Counted from the stretch's first letter, positions 27,530 to 37,630 are shown. The stretch: DNA of 64,000 nucleotides from Spirochaetia bacterium (GCA_024402405.1 JAKSTW010000001.1:3734-67733), one strand, 5' to 3'. A program made the numbers and translations. The notes: a model not told the origin generated them from the letters alone.

Positions 27530-29452
27530 ATGAGAAAAAAATTACCAGAAGATAAAATTGATATTTTTGATGAAAATAGTTTTAAGGGAATAACTATTGG
27601 AAATAAGAATATCATCAAATCAATCATCTTTGTAATAGGTCTTTTGGCAGCAATAATTCCAATACTTGAAATCATATTTGGTCCATTAACTCCAATGTTT
27701 CAGCGTCCTATACATTTGTTTTTGATGATCGGATTGACATTTTTTCTTTACCCATCTGGTTTCTTTAAGAATGAAAAGGCAGAGAGTATATTAAATATTA
27801 TTTTGGTAGCATTGCTGGCTTTTGTCTGCTGTTGGGCTAGTTACAGATGGACATATTTCTACATGACACCATCACCACTGCCAATAGAAGCATTGTTTGG
27901 ACTTATATTTGTAATTCTTGTTTTTGAGGCAACAAGAAGAGCAATTGGTATTGCAATGGCTATAATTGGTTCTATATTCCTTATATACTGCTTTGTTGGA
28001 CCATATATGCCAAGATTCTTTGCGCACCAAGGTTACAAACCAACGGAACTCGTAACACACTTGATTGTCGGAGTCGAGGGCATGATGGGTGAATTGGCAG
28101 CAATAAGTGCAAACCAAATTGTATTTTTCATGATGTTTGCAGCATTTTTGAGGTACACCCATTCAACTGAAATCTTTATGGACTTTTCCAAAGCTATTGC
28201 GGGAGATAAAATAGGAGGACCTGCAAAGGTTGCTGTTGTTTCCAGTGGATTTATGGCTATGGTATCTGGAAGTGCAAGTGGTAATACAGCTACAACCGGA
28301 GCTGTCACTATACCGCTGATGATTTCACTTGGATTCAAACGGCATGTTGCTGGTGCTATTGAGGCAGTTTCTTCAACAGCAGGCCAGTTCATGCCACCGA
28401 TCATGGGAGCAGCAGCCTTTGTCATTGCAGAATATACTGGACTTAGTTACTGGGATGTAGCTATTGCGGCTTTCTTACCATCCTTGATTTACTTCATCAT
28501 TATGTTCTTTGTGGTTGATATGATGGCAAAGAAAGATAATATTTCCGGACTGCCAAAAGATCAGCTTCCGCCTATTGGCCCAAGTTTCAGAAAAACAATT
28601 CCAATTTTAGTTCCAATAATCATTTTGGTTATTATGCTTGCCTTAAGAATGAGTGTTCAGCTTTCTATTGTAGTCAGCTTGATTGCTTTAATTCTTATCT
28701 GTATTCCTATTAAGAGTCAAAGAATTGGTGTTGTACAAATTTTTAAAGCTCTAGCACTTACTGCAAAAATTCTTATTCCAATAACTACATCATGTGCAGT
28801 TGCCGGACTTATCGTCGGTGTAATGTCATTAACAGGATTCGGTGAAAGACTTTCTTATGGTATATTAGCATTTGCAGATGGCAATCTTTTCAGAGGACTT
28901 CTTCTTACTGCCATTGTATGCCTTATTTTAGGCATGGGGTTGCCTACACTTGGAGCATATGTAGTACTTGCAACATTAGGCGCACCTGCATTGCAGACAC
29001 TGGGAGCTCCGATCCTTGCCTCTCATTTGTTTATTTTCTACTTTGCAATTATTTCTGCTATCACACCACCTGTATGTCTTTCATCATATGTAGGCGCAAG
29101 TATAGCAGGTGCCAATCCTATGAGAGTCGGCGTTACATCTTTAACTTTAGCACCATTTATTTATGTTCTTCCATTTTTGTTTGTTTTTAATCCTGCAATT
29201 TTGTTCCAGGGGAATATTGGTCTTGTAGCACTCGCAACAGTAAAAACGCTGATAATATTGTTCAATGTTACATTGCTTTTCCAAGGATACCTTTTCGCAA
29301 GAACAAAGATATATGAGTATATAATTATATTAGTAAATCTTATTTTCTTTGTTTATAGCGGAAATTTCCTAATCTTCCTGGTTGTCTTTGCAGGTTTCGT
29401 ATTATTACATGGAATTAGAACTGGAAAATTTATAAAAAGGAAAAATGTATGA
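27530..29452 (+). CDS. TRAP fused permease (4TM/12TM)
   Basis: GGPAKVAV, SGSASGN, GQFMPPIMGAAAF, LGMGLPT, ITPPV. Confidence 0.93.
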   Translation: MRKKLPEDKIDIFDENSFKGITIGNKNIIKSIIFVIGLLAAIIPILEIIFGPLTPMFQRPIHLFLMIGLTFFLYPSGFFKNEKAESILNIILVALLAFVCCWASYRWTYFYMTPSPLPIEALFGLIFVILVFEATRRAIGIAMAIIGSIFLIYCFVGPYMPRFFAHQGYKPTELVTHLIVGVEGMMGELAAISANQIVFFMMFAAFLRYTHSTEIFMDFSKAIAGDKIGGPAKVAVVSSGFMAMVSGSASGNTATTGAVTIPLMISLGFKRHVAGAIEAVSSTAGQFMPPIMGAAAFVIAEYTGLSYWDVAIAAFLPSLIYFIIMFFVVDMMAKKDNISGLPKDQLPPIGPSFRKTIPILVPIIILVIMLALRMSVQLSIVVSLIALILICIPIKSQRIGVVQIFKALALTAKILIPITTSCAVAGLIVGVMSLTGFGERLSYGILAFADGNLFRGLLLTAIVCLILGMGLPTLGAYVVLATLGAPALQTLGAPILASHLFIFYFAIISAITPPVCLSSYVGASIAGANPMRVGVTSLTLAPFIYVLPFLFVFNPAILFQGNIGLVALATVKTLIILFNVTLLFQGYLFARTKIYEYIIILVNLIFFVYSGNFLIFLVVFAGFVLLHGIRTGKFIKRKNV

Positions 29453-29817
29453 AAAAATTATTATTAATCACTTGTTTAATTAGTTTGGTTTGTGTTGGTT
29501 CATTGTTTGCAGAAGAACATATGATTACGGACAAAGCAGAATTACAGAAAATATCTTTTGAATTGAAACCAGTAGTTAAGGGTTCAACAGAAAATATGGT
29601 TCTTTTTTCTGTACAGTTGAAAAACATCAGTGGAAAACCAATGATGTATAAAATGACAGCTATTCTTGATGAAAAATACGCTGGAGAGGGAATTGTCCCT
29701 GTAGATGAACAGAGACAACAGAGAGTTCAGCCAGATGAAGTGGTTACTGGCAAAATTGCCGTTACCTATGACAAAATCCCTACAAACTTTATTCTGTTCA
29801 TTGATGAAGAAAATTAA
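29449..29817 (+). CDS. Small exported hypothetical protein
   Basis: Signal peptide ending LFA; ATGA overlap with permease; followed by terminator. Confidence 0.75.
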   Translation: MKKLLLITCLISLVCVGSLFAEEHMITDKAELQKISFELKPVVKGSTENMVLFSVQLKNISGKPMMYKMTAILDEKYAGEGIVPVDEQRQQRVQPDEVVTGKIAVTYDKIPTNFILFIDEEN

Positions 29818-29841
29818 TTAAAAGAACAAGTACACATCTTT

Positions 29842-29874
29842 GCCGCAGGTTAGTCTGCTAACCTGCGGTTTTTT
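29842..29874 (+). terminator. Intrinsic terminator of the TRAP operon
   Basis: GCCGCAGGTTAG-TCTG-CTAACCTGCGGT followed by a T run. Confidence 0.85.
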
Positions 29875-29919
29875 ATTATTTAAATCAATTCGTTACATCC
29901 TTATAAATTCAATCCACAT

Positions 29920-30555
29920 TTATCTTCTTCCGAAAAGTCTGTCCACGGGATTGACTCTGAAGCGCACTACAAAATACAGAAATGCAAAGGCAAATCCACC
30001 CAGATGTGTCAGATGGGCAACTCCGGACTGATATCCTGTTATCTGGGAAAAAATCTCAATGGCTGTATATCCCAGCACCAGCACAGGAGCTTTCAGCGGA
30101 ACTATTCCCATCAGATAGACAGTGGAATCAGGATAAATTATGGCATAGGCCAGCATGACAGCAAACAGTGCACCGGAAGCTCCCAGCAGAAAAACCCGGT
30201 AATATCCGGTAGATTCATACACAACAAATGAAAAAATTCCGGCAAGAATTCCACAGGTCATGTAGAACAGCAGAAATTCCTTGCTTCCCATGCTCCGTTC
30301 CACCATGGTCCCGAAAAAGAAAAGTCCCAGCATGTTGAAGAAAAGATGATTCACATTGGCATGGGCAAACATATATGTGACAAACTGCCAGTACATATGG
30401 CGGTGTATCACATTAAGCGGATTCATTGACAGATATGTCAGATAATCCCTGTGCAGATAGGTAGCCAGAAAGACAGCCACATTGATTATGATTATATAAA
30501 GACACCAGTTGGAATACTGATATCTGAAAGGCCGCTGAATGATTGAATTGTTCAT
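29920..30555 (-). CDS. Rhomboid intramembrane serine protease
   Basis: HLFFNM, GASG, AHLTHLGG. Confidence 0.93.
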   Translation of the reverse strand: MNNSIIQRPFRYQYSNWCLYIIIINVAVFLATYLHRDYLTYLSMNPLNVIHRHMYWQFVTYMFAHANVNHLFFNMLGLFFFGTMVERSMGSKEFLLFYMTCGILAGIFSFVVYESTGYYRVFLLGASGALFAVMLAYAIIYPDSTVYLMGIVPLKAPVLVLGYTAIEIFSQITGYQSGVAHLTHLGGFAFAFLYFVVRFRVNPVDRLFGRR

Positions 30556-31622
30556 TTTTCCTCCAGTTTTACAGATTTTGCAAATGAGTCAAAGATATAT
30601 GCGATGATATCTAGAGCCTCACACGGCTTATATGCGGAAAGTATTCTGTCACGGCTGGAATCCAGAATACAATGTGCCTCAGCCAATGCCAGTTCAAGGG
30701 CTCCTGACTTCTGTATCAGAGCTATGGCCTCTTCAACCGCGTCATTTCCGGCATCGATCCCAAGTTTTCCGGCAATGCTGAAAAACTCAGACAGCCTTTT
30801 CATGTCGCCGCCATTCTCCCGGAAAAGAATCACAGGCAGGCTCTTCTTACCCTCCACAATATCGTCACCCCGCTTCTTGCCAGGATTGCCTGTAACCAGG
30901 TTGGTCACATCATCCACGATCTGGAATCCGATTCCCATAGCCTCGCAGGCAGTACCCATCCGCAGGGCATCCATTTCAGAGCCACCGCCGGCACGGACAC
31001 CCATACGGCCGGAGAACAGCGCCAGTCCACCAGTCTTGAAACTGCACATGGCCATATATTCATCCACAGTCGGGATATAGTCACAGTTATGCCACTGGAT
31101 ATCCAGCCCCTGCCCTATATGCAGCCTGGTCATAGTCTCGCTGTAATACCGGTATGCAGAAAGTTTTATCTCATCAGAAAAATCGCAGGAATCGATCAGC
31201 ACATGCGGCAAGAAATAGAGCAGATTTCCGGTATTGATGGAAACATCCGTACCATACAGCAGATGCACTGCGGGCTTGCCCCGACGGAAATCAGAGGAAT
31301 CCTCGATATCATCCACAATAAGTGTGCCATTGTGAGGCAGTTCCACCAGCGGAGTCAGCGGCAGGATACGGTCATCACCTCTGTAAAGCTCATAGAACAG
31401 AGTCATCAGCACAGGACGCCAGCGTTTACCTCCGCGCCCCAGCAGATCTCTGGCAGGTGCATTTATCATGTCCAGAAACTCATTTTTCAGCTTCTCAGGA
31501 GCAGTGACCTGGGAAAAATTGCCGACAACAGCATCTTTCCAATTTTTATTCACTTTTTCAGGAAGAATGGTCTGTAAATACTCTTCAATTTTTGTTAATC
31601 TTTCAGCATACTTTTCTTTCAT
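30552..31622 (-). CDS. Polyprenyl diphosphate synthase
   Basis: GGKRWRP, DDIED..RRG, KT, FQIVDD, DIVEGK. Confidence 0.92.
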   Translation of the reverse strand: MKEKYAERLTKIEEYLQTILPEKVNKNWKDAVVGNFSQVTAPEKLKNEFLDMINAPARDLLGRGGKRWRPVLMTLFYELYRGDDRILPLTPLVELPHNGTLIVDDIEDSSDFRRGKPAVHLLYGTDVSINTGNLLYFLPHVLIDSCDFSDEIKLSAYRYYSETMTRLHIGQGLDIQWHNCDYIPTVDEYMAMCSFKTGGLALFSGRMGVRAGGGSEMDALRMGTACEAMGIGFQIVDDVTNLVTGNPGKKRGDDIVEGKKSLPVILFRENGGDMKRLSEFFSIAGKLGIDAGNDAVEEAIALIQKSGALELALAEAHCILDSSRDRILSAYKPCEALDIIAYIFDSFAKSVKLEEK

Positions 31623-31659
31623 CACTTATAATTTATGAAGAATGGAGATTTAGTTCAAG

Positions 31660-32256
31660 ATGGCAAAAAAAGGTAGCTGGGATGACGACTTCTATACAAA
31701 AAAAGCTCAGAAAGAGGGATATCCTGCCCGTTCTGTGTACAAGCTGCAGGAAATACAGCAGAAATTCAATGTGATAAAAAAAGATTTCAGAGTGCTGGAT
31801 GTTGGCGCCGCACCAGGCAGCTGGTCCATGTACATAATGAAATTTCTGGGAAACACCGGGTTTCTGTCAGCTATCGATCTGAAGCCGCTGGGCATACAGG
31901 TACAGAATAAGAATTTTTTCTTCATACAGGGTGATGCATTCTCGCAGGAGAATATACAGGCACTGGCAGAAAAAGGACCCTACAATGCGGTTCTCAGCGA
32001 TGCCGCACCGTCTACCACTGGAAACAAAATAGTGGACACTGAGCGTTCTATCCAGCTGATAGAGTCAATCTACAATACAGCTCTGCAGGTACTGCTTCCG
32101 GGAGGAAACTTCGTGTTCAAAATGTTCCAGGGAGGCAAGGAAAAAGAGATTCTGGAAAGCATGAGGAAAAATTTCAATTCTGTTAAGATACTGAAGCCAC
32201 AGGCATCCAGAACTAATTCTTTCGAGACTTTCGTCATCGGTCTGGGAAAAAAATAA
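31660..32256 (+). CDS. rlmE: 23S rRNA Um2552 methyltransferase
   Basis: ARSVYKL, DVGAAPGSW, SDAAP, KPQASR..SFE. Confidence 0.92.
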   Translation: MAKKGSWDDDFYTKKAQKEGYPARSVYKLQEIQQKFNVIKKDFRVLDVGAAPGSWSMYIMKFLGNTGFLSAIDLKPLGIQVQNKNFFFIQGDAFSQENIQALAEKGPYNAVLSDAAPSTTGNKIVDTERSIQLIESIYNTALQVLLPGGNFVFKMFQGGKEKEILESMRKNFNSVKILKPQASRTNSFETFVIGLGKK

Positions 32257-32724
32257 TCAGATAAGTCCGCCGCCTTTTTTGCCGCCACCCAGCAATTTAC
32301 CGCCCAGAACCACTCCCAGGGCAACAGCAGCAACACCAGCCACAGCCTTCAGAACTCCATCCACCTGATTAGATTTCTTGGTTCCATATTTGCACCAGTA
32401 GGCAAAATGCTCACAGTTGTTGAAAACCAGATCATACTCTCCTTCCTGCTTTCCCACCATAGTTCTGGCACGGAAAATCACCTGATCGGGAGGAAATGCC
32501 CCTGGTTCATCAGAATCCTCCACCAGCAGCGGAGAACCATTGAGAAATTCTGTCAGGGAAGTCTCTATTATTTTTGCTTTATCGGCATCCAGCTCGCATC
32601 CATTCTCAGCACCGAAATGGATCACCCGTGTGTTGCCTGCATAAATTCCGTAGTGTTTGTAAAGTCCCCGGTCTGCCACCACAATATCACCAGGCAGTGG
32701 AACTTTTTCTGTCATACTGGTCAT
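32257..32724 (-). CDS. LRAT-like (permuted NlpC/P60) protein
   Basis: HYGIY..VIH, YDLVFNNCEHFAYWCKYG, hydrophobic C-terminal helix. Confidence 0.88.
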   Translation of the reverse strand: MTSMTEKVPLPGDIVVADRGLYKHYGIYAGNTRVIHFGAENGCELDADKAKIIETSLTEFLNGSPLLVEDSDEPGAFPPDQVIFRARTMVGKQEGEYDLVFNNCEHFAYWCKYGTKKSNQVDGVLKAVAGVAAVALGVVLGGKLLGGGKKGGGLI

Positions 32725-32771
32725 ATATTAAATATAAGGATTTTCCAGAAGTTCTTCAATGGAAGCGCTAT

Positions 32772-32803
32772 AAAAAAAGGGAATCCGTATTTGGATCCCC
32801 TTT
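32772..32803 (-). terminator. Intrinsic terminator after dapA
   Basis: AAAGGGGATCC/GGATTCCCTTT stem plus T7 on minus strand. Confidence 0.7.
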
Positions 32804-32827
32804 CAACTGCTCAACCTAAACTATGTC

Positions 32828-33703
32828 TCAGAGACCAAGCTTAGCCATTGCAGCGTCCATCTGTGCCTTGCATGCATCGTTCATAGGACAGAGTGGCAGT
32901 CTGTAAACTTCCTTGATCATTTTCTTCTTTGCCATCGCATACTTGATCGGCACTGGGTTTGTGTCGCAGAACTCAGCTCTGAAGAATGGCAGCAGCTGAT
33001 ACTGAAGCTTTTTTGTCTCTTCCATATTTCCTGCCAGAGCTGCATTGCAGAGTGCATTCATTTCCTTAGGAATGATGTTGGATGCTACAGATACAATTCC
33101 CTTTCCGCCCATGGCGATAAGGAGGAATCCCAGGTTGTCATCACCGGAAAGCACTGTGAATGTGTCAGGCTTTGCTGCGATCAGGTTCATCATCTGGTTA
33201 ACATCACCGCTGGCTTCCTTCACAGCCTGGATATTAGGATGCTTTGCCATTCTCAGCATTGTGGCATTGTCAATATTTTTTCCTGTTCTTCCAGGAATGT
33301 TGTAAACTACAATTGGCAGATCAACGATATCTGCGATCGTCATATAGTGGCGGTAGAAACCCTCCATACTTGGCTTATTGTAATAAGGTGCAACCTGGAG
33401 TGTGGCATCCACGCCCATATCCTTGGCAATCTTTGTCATCTTGATAGCCTCATCTGTGCAGTTGGAACCTGTTCCAGCAATGATCTGGCATCTTCCTGCA
33501 GCCTGCTTTGTGACAAACTCGATGATCTTCAGATGATCCTCATGAATAATTGTAGGGCTCTCACCTGTTGTTCCCATAGGTGCGATTCCGGCAACACCAG
33601 ATGCCACCTGGAAATCCACCAGATCTCTAAGTGCACCCCAGTCGATTGAACCGTCCTCATTGAACGGTGTTATAAGTGCGGTATATATTCCTTCAAATTT
33701 CAT
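32828..33703 (-). CDS. dapA: 4-hydroxy-tetrahydrodipicolinate synthase
   Basis: GTTGES, PYYNKP, YNIPGRT, KEASG, NPVPIK. Confidence 0.95.
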   Translation of the reverse strand: MKFEGIYTALITPFNEDGSIDWGALRDLVDFQVASGVAGIAPMGTTGESPTIIHEDHLKIIEFVTKQAAGRCQIIAGTGSNCTDEAIKMTKIAKDMGVDATLQVAPYYNKPSMEGFYRHYMTIADIVDLPIVVYNIPGRTGKNIDNATMLRMAKHPNIQAVKEASGDVNQMMNLIAAKPDTFTVLSGDDNLGFLLIAMGGKGIVSVASNIIPKEMNALCNAALAGNMEETKKLQYQLLPFFRAEFCDTNPVPIKYAMAKKKMIKEVYRLPLCPMNDACKAQMDAAMAKLGL

Positions 33704-33717
33704 TTTTTTCTCCTAAA

Positions 33718-34461
33718 TCATGCTAAAATTTCTTTTATAAAATCATCAACAGCATAGAATCCCTTCTTGTTCTGGATCCATTCAGCCGCCATGACAGCCC
33801 CCAGCGCAAATCCGCTGCGGTTTCTTGCAGAATGCGAGATCTGGATCGTATCAGCAGGTGAGTCGATATAAACAGTATGAATACCAGGAATATCGCCTCC
33901 TCTTGTTGATGAGACATGCAGTTCGCAGTCTTCGATCTTTCTGTCCAGACATTCTGTGACGATCTTGGTCTTTCTTGTATTGACCTCAAGAATTCTCTCA
34001 GCCAATGTTATTGCAGTCCCGGAAGGAGAATCTTTCTTCCTTTTATGATGCATCTCATGAACCATGATGTCATATTCAGGAATTCCATTAATCATTGCTG
34101 ATGCATAAGCTGCGATCTTGAACAGCATATGAGCGCCAATGGAAAAGTTGGAACCCCATACAAAACCGATTCCCGATTTCTCAATGATACCTTTAATGAG
34201 GTCATATTTATCACCCCATCCTGTAGTTCCAAGTACAACTGGTGTAGAGCCCAGAGCATAAGCTTCACAGTTCTTCTGAACCGCAGAAGGTGTTGAAAAA
34301 TCAATTACCACATCAGCAGAATCCAAAGCCTCTTTGGTGACTTCCTTATAAGCACCATCCAGCATCGGATCTACGATTCCAGCTACTTTATGACCACGGG
34401 AAACAAGAATTTTTTCAATCTCCTTTCCCATGGTTCCGTATCCTGCTAACAAAATTTTCAT
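33718..34461 (-). CDS. dapB: 4-hydroxy-tetrahydrodipicolinate reductase
   Basis: GYGTMG, GTTGW, NFSIG, EMHHKRKKDSPSGTA. Confidence 0.95.
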   Translation of the reverse strand: MKILLAGYGTMGKEIEKILVSRGHKVAGIVDPMLDGAYKEVTKEALDSADVVIDFSTPSAVQKNCEAYALGSTPVVLGTTGWGDKYDLIKGIIEKSGIGFVWGSNFSIGAHMLFKIAAYASAMINGIPEYDIMVHEMHHKRKKDSPSGTAITLAERILEVNTRKTKIVTECLDRKIEDCELHVSSTRGGDIPGIHTVYIDSPADTIQISHSARNRSGFALGAVMAAEWIQNKKGFYAVDDFIKEILA

Positions 34462-34576
34462 TTTTTCCCCTTAACGGTTAATTTTGATTTCCTATCTTAA
34501 TGTTGTCAATAGAATATACAATATATTTTTCTTTTTTTCCATTGAATAAGAGTATAAGATAGGCTAAATTCTGATT

Positions 34577-35329
34577 ATGGAAAGATTTTCTAGAATCATA
34601 CAGCTGCTGGGACAGGAACAATGGGACAGAATATCCAGAAGCAAAGTCGCTGTTTTCGGTCTTGGCGCCGTCGGGGGATGGGCTTCTGAGATCCTGGCCA
34701 GAAGCGGTGTCAGCCATTTCATACTAACAGATTTCGACAGGATAGCAAAAACCAATATCAACCGGCATGTCTGTGCCTTGGAATCCACAGTGGGAATTCC
34801 CAAGGTGGAGGCCCTTAAAGCCAGAATTCTGGATATCAATCCAAAGGCAGAGGTCATCACTTTCCAGACTTTTGCTGACAGAACAAATTTTGCAGATATC
34901 ATAACGGAGGGCACAGATGTGATAATTGACGCCATCGATTCCCTTGGCCCAAAGATCGAACTGCTGGAATATACCAGCAGGAACAACCTTCCGGTGATCT
35001 CATCCATGGGCGCCGCGCTGAAGACAGATCCTTCAGCCATACGCACCGGCTATCTGTTCGAGACCGAGATATGTCCTCTGGCAAGAGCATTGCGGAAACA
35101 TCTGAGGAGACGTGGCATCGAAAGCGGTATTCCATGTGTCTATTCTGTGGAATCACCTGACAACAATGCACTTATTGCTCCGGATGAAGACAATGATGAC
35201 AGTTCACTTAAACGTGGTCGTCCAAGGAATATCCTGGGAAGCTATCCTGCGGTCACAGCTATTTTCGGAATCACACTGGCAGACATGGCGATAAAGATGA
35301 TACTTGGTGGTACAGATAATCAGAAATAA
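34577..35329 (+). CDS. tcdA: tRNA threonylcarbamoyladenosine dehydratase (ThiF family)
   Basis: GLGAVGG, TNINR, DAID, SSMGAA, CPLARALRK, VYSVE. Confidence 0.88.
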   Translation: MERFSRIIQLLGQEQWDRISRSKVAVFGLGAVGGWASEILARSGVSHFILTDFDRIAKTNINRHVCALESTVGIPKVEALKARILDINPKAEVITFQTFADRTNFADIITEGTDVIIDAIDSLGPKIELLEYTSRNNLPVISSMGAALKTDPSAIRTGYLFETEICPLARALRKHLRRRGIESGIPCVYSVESPDNNALIAPDEDNDDSSLKRGRPRNILGSYPAVTAIFGITLADMAIKMILGGTDNQK

Positions 35330-35357
35330 AAAAGCCTCTCCGAAAGGAGAGGCTTCT
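35328..35357. terminator. Bidirectional terminator between tcdA and tRNA-Arg
   Basis: AGCCTCTCC-GAAA-GGAGAGGCT with A run on the left and T-rich sequence on the right. Confidence 0.8.
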
Positions 35358-35431
35358 TACGCCCTAGAAGATTCGAACTTCTGACCTACGGCTTAGAAGG
35401 CAGTTGCTCTATCCAGCTGAGCTAAGGGCGC
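35358..35431 (-). tRNA. tRNA-Arg(TCT)
   Basis: GCGCCCTTAGCTCAGCTGGATAGAGCA...CT-TCT-AA...AGAAGTTCGAATCTTCT AGGGCGTA. Confidence 0.93.
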
Positions 35432-35505
35432 ATATAAACAGACAGGCTGTTTACTCTAAGCAGTATATAGATGACAAAATTTGTTGTCAAGTGATGCAGA
35501 GAGTT

Positions 35506-36435
35506 TTAACCAAAAATTCCGGTAGAAAGATATCTTTCCCCTGTATCAGGAATTATCACCACAATATTTTTTCTGGCATTTTCTTTCTCAGCAGCCAGCT
35601 GGATTCCGGCCCATAGTGCAGCTCCGGCAGAGATACCAGCCAGGATTCCCTCCTTTTTTACAAGTTCTCTGGCACAGTCAAAGGCATCCTCCGCCTCTGC
35701 TGTAATCACCCGGTCGCAGATGCTGGCGTCAAACAGCGCAGGAATGAAATTGGCACCGATTCCCTGAAGCTTATGTGGTGCTGCCTTTCCACCTGAGATC
35801 ACAGGAGAATCAGCAGGTTCCACAGCCACAACTTTCACAGAAGGATCCTGGGATTTCAGATAACGGCCACTTCCTATGAGAGTACCGCCGGTACCGACTC
35901 CGGCCACCAGATAATCCACCTTTCCATCCGCAGCTTTCCAGATCTCAGGTCCGGTAGTCTCAAAATGAGCTCTGGAATTGGCAGGATTGTCAAACTGCCC
36001 CGGAATAAAAGCTCCAGGAATAGAAGCCGCCAGTTCCTGTGCCCTCTCTATGGCACCTTTCATACCGGCAGCACCGTCTGTCAGTATGATCTCAGCGCCA
36101 TAAGCCTTCAGCAGCATACGCCGCTCAGCACTCATGGTGTCAGGCATTGTCAGAATGACTCTATATCCTTTGACTCCGCCTATCCAGGCCAGCCCGATAC
36201 CGGTATTTCCGCTGGTAGGCTCAATTATTACGGAACCCTCCTTCAGCAGCCCTTTCTTCTCCGCATCCTCAATCATATACAGTGCCGCACGATCCTTGGC
36301 ACTTCCTGCGGGGTTGAAAGATTCCACCTTTGCCAGCAATTTTCCATACAATTTTCTGTCTTTTTCTATATTGCACAATTCTATAAGCGGTGTGTTTCCA
36401 ACAGCTTCAACAAAGTTTTTCAATATTTTTTCCAT
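35506..36435 (-). CDS. cysK: Cysteine synthase A
   Basis: GNTPL, NPAGSAKDR, PTSGNTG, GVGTGGT, HKLQGIG, DTGERYLST. Confidence 0.95.
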   Translation of the reverse strand: MEKILKNFVEAVGNTPLIELCNIEKDRKLYGKLLAKVESFNPAGSAKDRAALYMIEDAEKKGLLKEGSVIIEPTSGNTGIGLAWIGGVKGYRVILTMPDTMSAERRMLLKAYGAEIILTDGAAGMKGAIERAQELAASIPGAFIPGQFDNPANSRAHFETTGPEIWKAADGKVDYLVAGVGTGGTLIGSGRYLKSQDPSVKVVAVEPADSPVISGGKAAPHKLQGIGANFIPALFDASICDRVITAEAEDAFDCARELVKKEGILAGISAGAALWAGIQLAAEKENARKNIVVIIPDTGERYLSTGIFG

Positions 36436-37630
36436 TTTTTACTCCGATCCTATCAAAAATATACAAAATATAAACTGATATCAGCAGCAGAGGAATCATA
36501 ATTACTGCCAGTCCTACGAAATTCCCGGTAAGAGAATATATGGCAAATCCCAGGAAAGGCCCCAGGGCACTGCCCAGATCCTGAAAAGTAGAATACCTGT
36601 TCAGGAATACAGTCTGCTCACCCGGACATGCATTCTCAGCAGCAAAAGAAGACCGCAGCACCTCTGAACTGACATTTATGAAAATCTGCAGTATAAAAAT
36701 ACCCAGGACAATGAACCAGACATGGCATACAGCCAGAACTGCCATAACTACGGTCATACTGAGCCCTACTCCGATCAGAGCCTTCCTTTTGCCATACCGG
36801 TCTCCTATAGTTCCCATAACAGGTCCGAAGAACACTCCCATCTGGTACAGTACGGAAAACAGCCCTGCAAATGTGGCAGCACCAATACCGAATCCAGATC
36901 CCGGCAGAATAGTATCAACTATAGCTCTTCCCCTGAGGGATGAAAGCATCTGGCTGGAAGATACGACCACCAGTACCACCACACCTATCGCCATAAGGAC
37001 CAATGGATTGCTGACCTTTATCTTATCCCTTTTCCGGCTGATCTCAGGCATACCCACAGAGACAGTTCCCCACATCTGCACAGGCTTTCTTATAAGCAGC
37101 AATGTGGAAGCCACAACAATGCCCAATATAACAGCTGTAACAAGCGGATTCAGGACATCAGCAAGAATTCCTGAAATAACTGTAATGGTATAATAGGCTA
37201 TGGCCTTGATGATCTCATACCAGCCTATGATCTTACCTATGCTTTCTCCTTTGGAGCATTTCAGGGCAGCAATATATCCCTCAATCCTCAGCACAGAAAA
37301 GCACCCGCCCCAGATGATCCTGAGAAAAAGAAGCCACCAGAACCCCAGAGGAACAGCATATCCGAAAGTAATGAGTGCCGCCACTATGACAGCATATACC
37401 AGTGGTTTATAAGAACAGGCTCTGGCCACAAAATATGTGGAGACCTCATTGGTGATAAGTCTGACAAATCTGTTTACAGAAAGAAGTATTCCGACCTGAA
37501 ATACATTGACTCTGAAAGTCTCGGGAGTCACAGGCAGAACACAATACAGCATAGCATCTCCAGCCATTCCCAGTCCTACAACAGCAGCAACAAGAATGAA
37601 TGTTCTGGTATCTTTGCTCACATTCTTCAT
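36407..37630 (-). CDS. MFS transporter (paralog 2)
   Basis: Clearly homologous to 9741..10949 (GILLSVNRF.RLITNE, PLGFWWLL.LRI.WG, STFQD.GSA.GPFLG); start moved to 37630 because ATG 37648 overlaps the -10 box. Confidence 0.9.
   Translation of the reverse strand: MKNVSKDTRTFILVAAVVGLGMAGDAMLYCVLPVTPETFRVNVFQVGILLSVNRFVRLITNEVSTYFVARACSYKPLVYAVIVAALITFGYAVPLGFWWLLFLRIIWGGCFSVLRIEGYIAALKCSKGESIGKIIGWYEIIKAIAYYTITVISGILADVLNPLVTAVILGIVVASTLLLIRKPVQMWGTVSVGMPEISRKRDKIKVSNPLVLMAIGVVVLVVVSSSQMLSSLRGRAIVDTILPGSGFGIGAATFAGLFSVLYQMGVFFGPVMGTIGDRYGKRKALIGVGLSMTVVMAVLAVCHVWFIVLGIFILQIFINVSSEVLRSSFAAENACPGEQTVFLNRYSTFQDLGSALGPFLGFAIYSLTGNFVGLAVIMIPLLLISVYILYIFDRIGVKNGKNIEKLC

Noticed and set aside
34462-34576. 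Lysine riboswitch upstream of dapB-dapA
   Set aside because: Only 115 bp, AT-rich and occupied by two divergent promoters.
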